Source of the DNA: the human T2T-CHM13v2.0 reference genome, Homo sapiens
NCBI RefSeq assembly: GCF_009914755.1
Contig: NC_060945.1
Reading direction: 5' to 3' (one strand)
Length of the DNA stretch: 64,000 bases
Both the position numbers and the translations under genes were made by a program. Positions 43,111 to 55,099 of this stretch are shown one piece after another. The notes below the pieces were generated by a model, which worked only from the letters and a program-made list of their open reading frames with translations, did not search any database and had not been told where the DNA came from. Numbering within the stretch: the stretch's first letter is position 1; each line of letters starts with the position of its first letter.

Positions 43111-43699
43111 ATTGTGCTTTTTTTTTTCACCTCACTTGCCACTATAAAGCCTGCCACCAGATGTAGCTTAACTGTCACTTGCCACTCACTGATAGGGTTT
43201 TGATACGTGTCTGCAAGCAGTTGATTTATTATGGTCTCTGTGCAGTCAAACCTCTCTGCCAATGTTAATCTGTATTTGCAGCCACTCCCCAGCACGAGCA
43301 CCAGCACCTCAGCTCCACCTTAGATCATCAGGCATTAGTTAGATTTAGATTCTCATTAGAAGCGTGCAACCTAGATCCCTTGAGTGCTCAGCTCACAATA
43401 GGGTTTTCACTCCTATGAGAGTCTAATGCCGCCACTGATCTGACAGGAGGGAGAGCTCAAGCCATAAAGCTCCCTCGCTTGCCGCTCACCTCCTGCTGTG
43501 TGGCCCCATTCCTAACGGGCCACGGACTGGTCTGCAGCCCAGGGGTTGGGGACTTGTCTTACATGACAGGGTGAGCTACCCTGAGTTAATCTGAGTGAGC
43601 TTCATTCTGTCGACCTTCTTCCACTCCACCACAGCGCTACACCAACCTGAACTTCGCTTCCTGAGACCTAAGATTCAGCCCCGTGCTCAGCAGACATCA

Positions 43700-43800
43700 G
43701 GGATCACCGACTCTGTGCCAGGAGCTGTTCTTGATGCTGGGAACGCAGGGGTGGACAAAACAGAGAAAGCCCTGCCCTCAGGTGTGGTCAGAAGAGACAG
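43700..43800 (-). mobile_element. L2 3'-end fragment hosting the ABCG1 MLGTQ exon
   Basis: ctctgtgccaggagctgttcttgatgctgggaacgcaggggtggacaaaacagagaaagccctgccctca resembles L2 reverse consensus (tgtgccaggcactg...gtgaacaagacagac...ccctgccctca). Confidence 0.65.
43734..43781 (+). CDS. ABCG1: ABCG1 alternative upstream coding segment (MLGTQGWTKQRKPCPQ); the exon begins further 5' (acceptor near 43690-43700, not resolved)
   Basis: ATG at 43734, 16 codons, then CAG|gtgtgg donor in phase 0; matches a recalled ABCG1 isoform N-terminus. Confidence 0.8.
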
Positions 43801-44671
43801 GGAAGGATTTGGAAGCTAAAGCTCAGATCCAGACTGGGCTTGTTTCAACTCGTTCCGTGGGCCTGATGTAGTCTAGAGATGATTCTTGGTGTGGGCTGTG
43901 GGAGCTCCTGCGGTGTAGTTTGGTGAGGGGCCAGCCCGAGGCAAACTGGGGACCTGTGTCTCCAACCTTCAGCACTTCTGCCCTTCAGGGTCATCCCTCC
44001 AGGTGCCCCACCCTGGGGACTTGAACTCTGCCCTTGTCCCCCAAACCACCTTACCCTAATGCTGTGGTTCTCCTGGTCCATGCAGGGCGCAGTGTCCTGC
44101 TGAGTGTGCAGGTGCCTGTCCCTGCCCTCTGCAATGTCATCTCCATGCAGCAGCAGCGTTTACCCACGGATGGATCCCCACCCCTGGACCATGCCTGGGT
44201 ACAGGTTTTGTTCCGGTTGGTCTGCTATTGAGTATGGAGGCCAGGGTTCCACTCCAGACCCCTCTGACTCCCCTCACCAGGCTGTTCCCAGAGACTTGTG
44301 AGGGAAGTTGACAATAAATATGTAAATTCAGATGGGTTTCATGTTAGTGAAAACCTGAATATTGAAATATTACAAACCTAGGGTTGAAGATCTCAGGCTG
44401 GTGGGAGTGCCTTTGTGCATGTATCCACCCACTTTTCCTTGCAGAACTTTCTACACAACAATTCAGCACAGGAAGCATGGAGGAGTAAAGCCATCTGGGG
44501 AGAGATGAGCAGTGAAAACCGGGGGCCGGCAGGTTAGAGGAGGGGTGTGATCTCAGGGTGCAACGCTGTTGAATGCACGCCTCCCTCCCCCCATCCCTCT
44601 CTCGGCAGCTCCCAGGCAACTTAGTCACCCCCATCTTAATCTTACTCAACAGTCACAACAGTCTCTCTCCC

Positions 44672-44970
44672 TTTTTTTTTTTCGTTTGAGACAAGGTCTC
44701 GCTCTGTCACCCAGGCTGAAGTACAGGGGCGCGATCACAGCTCACTGCAACCTCTGCCTCCCAGGCTCAAGCGATCCTCCCACCTCAGCCACCTGAGTCG
44801 TTGAGACTACAGGTGCCCACCACCACGCCTGGCTAATTTTTAAAATTTTTTATAGAGATGAGGTCGCACCCTGTTGCTCAGGCTGGTCTTGAACTCCTGG
44901 GCTCAAGCGATCCTCTGGCCTCAGCCTCCCAAAGTGCTGGGATTACAGGTGTGAGCCACAATGCCCAGAC
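44672..44970 (-). mobile_element. AluJ
   Basis: Reverse Alu; flanking repeat tcaacagtcaca. Confidence 0.9.
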
Positions 44971-46760
44971 TTCAACAGTCACAGCTATCTCTTGGTGTAG
45001 ACTGTTTGCTATTGGCAAAAGGACAGACACAAAGACCAATGGAACAGAATAGAAAACCCAGAATCACACCCACTCAAAGATACAAAGCAAATCAGTGCAG
45101 GAAGGACAGCTTTTCCAGCAAGCGCTGCTGATGCATTTGGGTATCCACGGGCAGAAAAAAAGAAGAACCTGGACTTAAATTTTCTTATACAAAAGTTAAC
45201 TCAAAATGCATCATAGATGTAGAACATTGGAGAATTTTGAAAGTTCTTCAGGCATTATGAATCCTAATCCTTTGTTGGAGATGAGATTTGCAGATATTTT
45301 CTCCTGGTCTGTTATTAACACTTTTCGTCTTCTTAACAGGGTCTTTCTCAGAGTCAACATTTTTCATTTTGATGTAGTCCCGTTTATCAATTTTTCATTT
45401 TATGGGTCATGCTTTTGGAACTCTTTGGCTCCGTATCCTAAAGATTTCCTCCTAATATTTTTTCCCTGAAAGGTTATTTCACATCTATGATGCATTTTGA
45501 GTTAACTTTTATATAAGAAAATTTAAGTCCAGTTTCTTTTTTTCTGCCCGTGGATACCCAAATGTGTCAGCAGCACTTGCTGGAAAAGCCATCCTTCCTC
45601 CAGTGATTTGCTTTGTATCTTTGAGTGGGTGTGATTCTGGGTTTTCCATTCTGTTCCATTGGTCTTTGCGTCTGTCCTTTTGCCAATAGCAAACAGTCTG
45701 GATTATTGTAGCTATAAAATAAGTCTTGATACCAGGTAAGCTGATTTCTCCTCCTTTATTCTTTGTTTTCAAAATCGTTTCAACTATTCTAACTCCTTGG
45801 CCTTTCTTTAAATTTTAGACTACTCTTGTTTATATATACAGAAAATTTTGCTGGGATTTTAATAGCAATTGCATTAAACATGCATATTTTGTTGATCATT
45901 GATATTTTTACTACGTTAAGTCTTCCAATCTATAAACAGTATTTCTCTCCTTTTTTCTTTAGTTCTTTTTTTACTTCTTTTATCAGGATTTTGTAGGTTT
46001 TAGCATACAAGTCCTGTACCTGTTTTGTTACATTTACTACTAAGTATTGAATTTTGTTTGAGCAGTTGTGAATGGTGTCACGTTTTTAATTCCAGTGTCC
46101 ATGTGTTCATTGACAGAGCATAGAAATAAAATTTATGTATGTTTATCTTGTATCCTGCAACCTTGCTTGAACTCACTTATTGTTTCAGGAGTGCTTTTGT
46201 GGATAGATTGGGATTTCCTAGGTAGACAATCATGTCATTTGAAAATAGAAACAGTTTTGCTTTTTTTTCCCTTTCCAATCTGTCTGCCATTTATTTCCTT
46301 TTCTTGCTTTACCACACTGGCTGGAAATTCCAGCATCATGTTGAATAAGAGTGGTGAAAGCAAACATCCTTGCATTATTTTTGATATTAAGGAGGAAGCA
46401 TTGAGTTGTTCACTATTAATTATATTATTAACTGTAGATTTCTTGATGCTGTTTATCAAGTGGAACTTCTCTATTCTGATTTTTCTGAGTGTTTTAACCA
46501 TGAATGGGTAAAGAATTTTGTCAAGTGCTTTTTCTGCATCAATTGGCATGATCATGTGATTTTTTTCCTCTTTTATCTATTAATATAGTATATTACATTG
46601 ATTGACTTTCAACTATTGAACCAGCCTTACGTCTCTGGAATAAACCCAACTTGAATGTGGTATATAATTTTTAAAATATATTCCTGACTCTGTCTGCTAG
46701 TATTTTGTTTGGGTTTTCTGTATTTATATTCATGAGGGCCATTGGTCTGCAGTGTAGTAG

Positions 46761-46865
46761 TCTTGCTGTGTTGCCCAGGCTGGAGTGCAGTGGCTATTCA
46801 CAGGCATGACAATTGTGTACTAAGGCCTCGAACTCCTGGGCTCAAGAAACCCTCTTGCCTCAGCC
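46761..46865 (-). mobile_element. FAM (fossil Alu monomer, 7SL-derived) fragment
   Basis: gcagtggctattcacaggc retains 7SL sequence absent from dimeric Alus. Confidence 0.75.
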
Positions 46866-47374
46866 AATGATCAACTATAGTATTTTTAAAAAATATTATA
46901 TTTGTCTGATTTTGATACCTGGGTATGCTAACTAAATAAAATGAATTGAGAAGTATTTCTTCCTCTTCTGTTTTCTGGAGGAGATTGCCTAGAATTAGTG
47001 TTAATTTTTTAAAATGTTTGATAGAATTCTCCAGTGATATCATCTGGGCCTGGAGAATTAGGTGTTGTTTTTGTTGTTTTTTTTTTTTTGAGTTTTCAAA
47101 ACTAAATTCAATGTTCTTAATAGTTATGAGACTATTCAAATAGTCTGTTTATATTCAGTGAGTTGTAGTTTGCATCTTGCGAGGAAGTGGTTCATTTCAT
47201 CTGAGTTGTCAAATGCATGATTGCAGAGTTGTTTGTAGTGTTCCCACATTGTCCTTTGGATGCTTGTGGGATCTGTAGTGATGTCGCTTGCTCCATCCCT
47301 AATATCAGTAATTTGTATCTTCTCTGTTTTTCCTTTGCTCATCTTGCTAGAGGTTTGTCAATTTTATTGATTGT

Positions 47375-47682
47375 GGCCAGACATGGTGGCTCATGCCTGC
47401 AATCCCAGCACTTTGGGAGGCTGAGAAGGGCAGATCACCTGAGGTCAGGAATTCAAGACCAGCCTGGCTAACATGGTAAAAACCTGTCTCTACTAAAAAT
47501 ACAAAAATTAGCTGGGTGTGGTGGTGGGCACCTGTAATCCCAGCTACTTGGAGGCTGAAGCAGGAGAATTGCTTGAACCTGGGAGGCGGAGGTTATGGTG
47601 AGCCAAGATCATGACACTGCGCTCCAGCCTGGGTGACAGAGCAAGACTCCATCTCAAAAAAAAAAAAAGAAAGAAAGAAAAA
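47375..47682 (+). mobile_element. AluS
   Basis: Full Alu; TSD caattt(t)attgatt. Confidence 0.95.
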
Positions 47683-48135
47683 CAATTTATTGATTATTTC
47701 TAAGAACCAGCTTTGTGTTTCATTGATTTTCTCTACTGGCTTTCTCTTTTCAATTACATTGATTTCTGTGATTATTTGCTTTCTTTTCTGATTTTTCTCT
47801 CCTTTTTCTACATTCTTGAGGTAAGAGTTTCAATTATCATTTTGAGAGTTTTCCTCATTTCCAATGTATATGAATTCAGTGCTATAAATTTCCCTTTCCC
47901 GACTGTTTTAGTTGTGTCCCACAAATTTTGATATTTTTATTTTCATTTTTCATGTATTTTTATTTTCATTTTCATTCAGGTAAATGTATTTTTATTGCCC
48001 TTCAGACTCCCTCTTTGCCTCATAAATTATTTTAAAGTATGTTGTTTGGATTCTAACTGTTCAGAAGTTTTTCTTATATCTTCCTGTTATTGATTTCTAA
48101 TTTGATTTCACTTTGACCAGAAAACACAGTCTGGT

Positions 48136-48586
<451 letters not shown>

Positions 48587-48649
48587 TTATATAAATATTG
48601 ATTAGATCCTATTGATGAATGGTGTTATTGAGTTCTTCTATATCCTGGT

Positions 48650-48783
48650 ACTACAGGCATGGTGCCACCACATCTGGATAATTTTAAAATTTTTTGTAGA
48701 CATGGGACCTCACTATGTTGCCCAGGCTGATCTCAAACTCCTGTGCTGAAGCAATCCTCCTGCCTCAGCCTCTCAAAGTGCTG
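48650..48783 (-). mobile_element. FLAM/AluJ left-arm fragment
   Basis: ctatgttgcccaggctgatctcaaactcctg. Confidence 0.8.
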
Positions 48784-49103
48784 TCCTTCTTGATGTTCAA
48801 AGTTTCATTCTTTTACCATTTTATTTATGTTTAAATAACTTCATTTCATCATTATTTTAGGTTATGTCTATGAGTGACACATTTTCTTAGTTTTTCTTTA
48901 TCTGAGAATATCTTGATTTCTGGGTGGCCAGTTTTTTTTTTTTTTCTTTCAGGAAATAAAAAATGTTGTGCTAATTCTTTCTGTCTTCTTCTATTGTTTT
49001 CAGTGAGAAATATGCTGTCATGTAAATTGCTTTTTCCCCTATAGGTAAGGTATTGTTTCTCTCTCATTCCCTTTAAGATTTCTTCTTTGTCTTCCGTTTT
49101 CAG

Positions 49104-49198
49104 AAATTTGACTGTAATATGTCTTGGTATAGTTTTATTTGGGTTTATTCTGTGTGGAGTTTGCTAAGGTTCTTGAATCTGTAGGTTTATATCTTTTG
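49104..49198 (+). other. Candidate 95 nt cassette exon in antisense L1 (possible ABCG1 5' UTR exon)
   Basis: Acceptor tcttctttgtcttccgttttcag| and donor ttg|gtaagt. Confidence 0.4.
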
Positions 49199-52100
49199 GT
49201 AAGTTTGAGAGGTTTTCAGCTGTTATTTCTTTGATTACTTTTTAACCCCTCAGCCCCACTTCTGGGCTTCTGTTAGATCTGTATATACAGTCCTACAGGC
49301 CCCTCAAGTTGTGTTCATTTTTTGTTCAGCTTGTTTTTCTCTGTTGTTCAGATTTGATGATTTCTATTGTTCCATTTCCCAGTTTATTAATTTTTTCCTC
49401 TGTACTTTCCATTCTGCTATTAAGCCCATCTGCTGAGTTTTTAATATTGGTAATCCATTCTAAACTTTCTATTTTGTTCTTTTTATCTTCTATTTGTTTG
49501 CTAAGACTTTCTACTTTCTATTTTATTTTTTCAAGTCTGCTCATAATTGCTCACTGAAGCATTTTTATGATGGCTGCTTGTTAACATTTGTTGGATAATT
49601 CTAACACTGCTGTCCTCTTTGCATTGGCATGCATTGATTGGCATCCATCCATTAATTGGCTTCTCTGACATCACTGTGGGAGGGGACGGGGGCACGGCAC
49701 TGCCACCTTACTACCAGGCAAGGGTAGAAGTCCAGGTTCCCTGCTCAGCCTTTGTTGACACCCAAAAGAGGGGCTCCTCATTACCACTGGATGGGGGTTG
49801 AAGTTCTGGCTTTCCATTTGGCCTCTACTGATACCTCCCTAGCTGGGGGAGGTAGAAGACCTTAACTACTGTTCCCCACATGGTCTTCATGACATCACAG
49901 GGTGATGAGTATCCTTGTTACCCTGGGTGGTGGTGAAAGTCCTGACTCTACTGGGTCTCCTGTCACCACCCCAGCAAGGTGGACGAGGAGCTTCTCATTA
50001 GTGCCCAGTGGGAGCAGAAGTCCAGACTTCCTAATTGGCCTTCTCTGACACATATATTATGGCTAGAAGAGTAAGAGTTGGTTTATGTGCCTAATTACAG
50101 CCTGAGGAGGGTGGAAATCTGAACTCCCCACTCTTTCTTTGCTGGCATGGGCAGACATTTGACCACAGTTTATTCTGGAATGTTTGGTTGAAGCAGAGAA
50201 GTTATTGTCTAAAAATTTTCTGTCCTCTAGGTTCCCCTTTTCCTATTCTTTTGGCTAGAGAGAGCAGGCTTTTGTTGGGACTTTTTTTTTTTTTTTTGGT
50301 CTGTGCTCATTTGCATTTCCAGGTTTTCAGCTTCTTCAACTCAAACTCTGGGACATATGATGCAAAACAAAAATCTAGGGACCTCACCACAGTGTGGCTC
50401 TTTGGGTCCCAAGAACCCTGGATGGTTTGCCTTCCTTTTCCTATCTTCTAGAGTCTCCTTATGTTGGTTTTGTGTAATATCCAAGGTTTTGAATTGTGCT
50501 TAGAGGGAGAAGTAGGGAAAAATATGTCTATTCCATCTTCCCACAAGCCTGTCCTATGACCTTGAACAGATTGAACTTGTGCTCCTTGTAGAAATCTGCC
50601 CATTTGGAATAGGTTTGCCGTCTTCACCCAATAAATACCTGATAGCAGTGAACGTGTGGAAAAGATACTTAGCCAGGTGCTAGGAGACCTGGATCCTTTT
50701 TCGGGGCTTTATGGCCCTAAGGAGGTTACAAACCTCAGGGAGCCTCCATTTTCTTTTTTTCATGTAGCAGGATAATTTACTGAGATAATTTATGATGTTA
50801 ATTTTCCCTGCTCTAGCAATTTTCCCCTCCCTTTAAAAAGTAGTCATGTCTTTTTTTCTTTTTTAAAATGAGTTGTTTTTCTCCTAAAGCCTTTAGGGAG
50901 TTGCAGGACCTGAGGCAGAAGTTTCCAGGCATGCAGAAGATAATCTCTCTAATCAAACTTTTGCTTTTGAAAGCTTAGGCTCCACAAGGTGACTGCCCCA
51001 GGCCCTCCTGGAGAGGAGGAATGCAGAGCTGGGGTTCTGGGGGAGGGAGGCAGGAGGGTCAGGAGAAATGTCTCGGAGCCTGGAAAGGGGAGCTGTGGAG
51101 TCTGCAGGCACCAGGAGAGCTCAGAGGTCTCAGGGAGGCAAGAGGACTTCTGCTCAGGTGATCAGGGGGCTGAGTCCACAGAACACTTGAACTGTGGCCT
51201 TTGGAGCCATGGAGAGTTGATCTGGACCTGACCTGGGCTTGGCATGGAGGAGCTGCCTCTGAGGGACCAGGCACAGATCATCTGACTGATAGAAATAGCA
51301 AAATGTGGGCTGCCTGGTGCCTGGTGTGAAAGTGTAAAACCCATGAGGGTCCAGCGATGGCACCTGCCCTCCTACCCCACAGGGCGTTCTGAGGCAAAAT
51401 GCAATCATGCACATTACAACATTTTCTAAAGCACTCGAGGTTGTCCAAACATAACTCATGGTTTTTATTAAGCACCTACTCCAGCTAGGCTCCGTGCTGG
51501 GAATGATGTTAGAGCAAAGCAATATTAGTGAGATGCTGGAATTTATCATCTCTTTGGAGAGATAATGCATATACTGGGTGAAGAAAAAGCTAAGGGTTAG
51601 AGGGTCAATCTAGAAACTACTTGTAAGGATTTTCTCATAGAGTGGCTTTGGGCCTCTGACTTTTAACTTCCTTGTCAAACTGATGATCGTAATCAAGACT
51701 TCTTAGCTGCAAGTGACTGAAATCTAATTCATACTAGTTCAAGGTCAGAAGGGAGAGTAGAGGATCCCGTAACAAAGAATAATAATAGTGAGCACCAGCA
51801 TTTATAAGATGCACACTATGTGCCGGCCATGGCTTTCAAATGCTGACACCTCTCATCCTTGAAACAGTCTTCTGAGGTGAACAGGATGGATCATCAGCCC
51901 GCTTAATAGCTGAGGTCACAGGGGCACAGAGAAGAACGAGTTTGTTTAAAGAGCCGCCATCTGGCTCTGGGGCCCAGCACTTATCAAAAGTTAAAAATGG
52001 TTGCCCAGCCACTTGGGAAGGGCCAATGATGGACAATGGGTGTGAACTCGGGAGGGCAGGATGTAGGGGCTCCAGCGATGAAAGGGCTGATGAAAGGGCT

Positions 52101-52997
52101 TTGTCACTTCCTTCGTCTCCGGCTCTACTTCCCTGGGGGTGTTTACTTAATTCCTAGCCAGACAAACACTCTCCTTACATCAATGCCAAAAGGGAACAGG
52201 GAAAGAAACCCTCTCCCTCTTAGGGTCCAGGAAGTCCCTGCGAGAACTCTGATGGCCCTGCTGGGTTGTGTATCTTTTCCAGAACATCAGTAGTGGCCAG
52301 AGGGATGGAATGTTCTGGGAGGCTCCAGGTGGGGGTTGAGTTCTATGGTTGACCACACGGAGTCAGGGGTGGGAGGTTCCTTGGAGGAAACGTGGGGTAC
52401 ACAGTGGTTCCAGTTACTTCCTAGCAGGTATTTGTTATGGGTGTGATGGGAAGCTTTTAATTATTTGTGGGAAGGAGGCCTCCAGTAATTTTCCGGTATC
52501 TGTCTCTGAGACTTCTGTCTTAATCTTCAACTTTGAAGGTCATCTTGGGGCCAGATGTTATTTACTCTTTCTTCATTTGAAGAAATGGTTTCCTAGATCT
52601 TTCCCAGCCACTCTTGATTCCATGCTAATGGAAGAAAACAAAAGGAATTTGTCTGTAATACTTAACTTGTCTTGTCTTAACTTAATCTATGAAATATCTA
52701 CTTGCAGTTTTTCCCCTGAAACCATCTCTCATCATCTGTCTTGCCACCATAGCTTCCAGGCATCTGCCGCCCCCCTCCCTCCACCCTGCACCTCCCTGCC
52801 TCCTTGATTTCCCTCATCTCATGGCCCCTCCTTTGCACTGACCTCCCACAGGCTGTGTGTGCTTGGTGAAGAAGGGGTCCTCTCTATAGCTGGGCTGGCT
52901 CACCAGAGGAAGCGAAGGAGCGTATCTGGATGCTGGAGACAGAATACCATTGAAGTCAAGAGTGCCAGCAAAATAGGAAACAAACAGTGGAGATTAA

Positions 52998-53315
<318 letters not shown>

Positions 53316-53655
53316 TCAGCATTCCCATTTCTTTCAAATGAACCAACACACAGAGTTGCTATTTGGTGTATCCAACCAGCCTTATGCTGCTGCCCTCCCT
53401 GATGACATGGTCTCTGTGTCTGACCCACTTTCCCAGGCTTCTGCTTGAAGGGCTAAGGCATGGTTTTCCTCTGCTCCTGTTCTTCTTCCTTTCTCCACTC
53501 ACCTTTCCCTTCCTCCTTCCTTCCTCTCTCTGTCTCTACCTCTCTTCTTTCCTTCCTTACTTTCTCCCTGCTATGATCCAAATGTTGGTATCCTCCCCAA
53601 ATTCATATGTTAGAACCTAATACCCATAGTGACAGCATTAAGAGATGCGATCCTG

Positions 53656-53992
53656 GGCCTGGCCTGGTGGCTCATGCCTGTAATCCCAGCACTTTGGGAG
53701 GCCGAGGCAGGTGGATCACCTGAGGTCAGGAATTCAAGACCAGCCTGGCCAACATGGCGAAATCCTGTCTCTACTAAAAATACAAAAAAAAAAAAAATTA
53801 GCTGGGCACGGTGGCATGCGCTGGTAATTCCAGCTACCTAGGAGGCTGAGGCAGGAGAATCGCTGGAATCTGGGGGGCAGAGGCTGCAGTGGGCCGAGAT
53901 TGTGCCACTGCACTCCAGCCTGGGTGACAGAGCAAGACTCTGTCTTAAAAACAAAAATCAAAAAACAAAACAAAACAAAACAATAACAAAAA
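53656..53992 (+). mobile_element. AluS inside the MaLR 5' LTR
   Basis: TSD aagagatgcg(a/g)tcct. Confidence 0.93.
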
Positions 53993-54656
53993 AAGAGATG
54001 CGGTCCTTGGGAAGTGATTAGGCCATGAGGAATGGGATTGACGAACTTATTAAATGGTTTGAAACAGGTTGAAAGGAGCCCCTTTCCTTTCTACCACGGG
54101 AGGGCACAGAAGGCACACCTATGAGGAACAGGCCTCCAGACACTGCATTTTCTGGCGTCTTGAATTTGGACTTCCCAGCCTCTAGAAGTGTGAACAATAC
54201 ATTTCTGTTGTTTTTAAGTTACGCAGTCTAAGGTATTTTGTTATAGGAGTCCAAATGGACTGAGACAGAAATTGGTACCAAGAAGCAGAGTGTTGCAGAG
54301 ACAAAGACCTGCAGATGTGGAAGAGGCTCTGGAACTGGATAATGGGCAGAGGCTGGAAGAGTTTAGAGGAACAGGCTCAAAAGGCCTGGACTGCCAAGAG
54401 TGGACATAAAGGGTGATCCTAGTGAGGGCTGAGAAGAAGACACAGAGCCTCCGAGATTATGTAAGTGGCTGTGATCAGAATGCTGATAGAAGTATGGATG
54501 GTAAAGGCCACTCTGTTGAGGTGTCAGACAGAAATGAGGAACGTGTTACTGGAAACGGGAGGAAAGGCCATTCTTGTGACAGAGGGCAGAGGACTTGGCT
54601 GAACTGTTTGTGTCCTCATGTTCTGTGAAAGTCAGAGTGGCAAGGGATGAACTTGA

Positions 54657-55099
<443 letters not shown>

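Larger units (their letters stand above)
42532..43556 (-). mobile_element. MER1A (hAT-Charlie) interrupted by an Alu and a short L1PA 3' fragment
   Basis: caggggtccccaaactttttggcaccaagg left end; tagattctcat, gccactgatctgacaggag and ggggttggggac right end. Confidence 0.8.

Noticed and set aside
46761-46865. 7SL RNA gene or pseudogene
   Set aside because: Short, decayed and lacking the S domain; fits a FAM monomer
50323-50424. Possible further L1-derived exon
   Set aside because: Acceptor plausible but the donor (atg|gtttgc) is weak; cannot be supported from sequence alone
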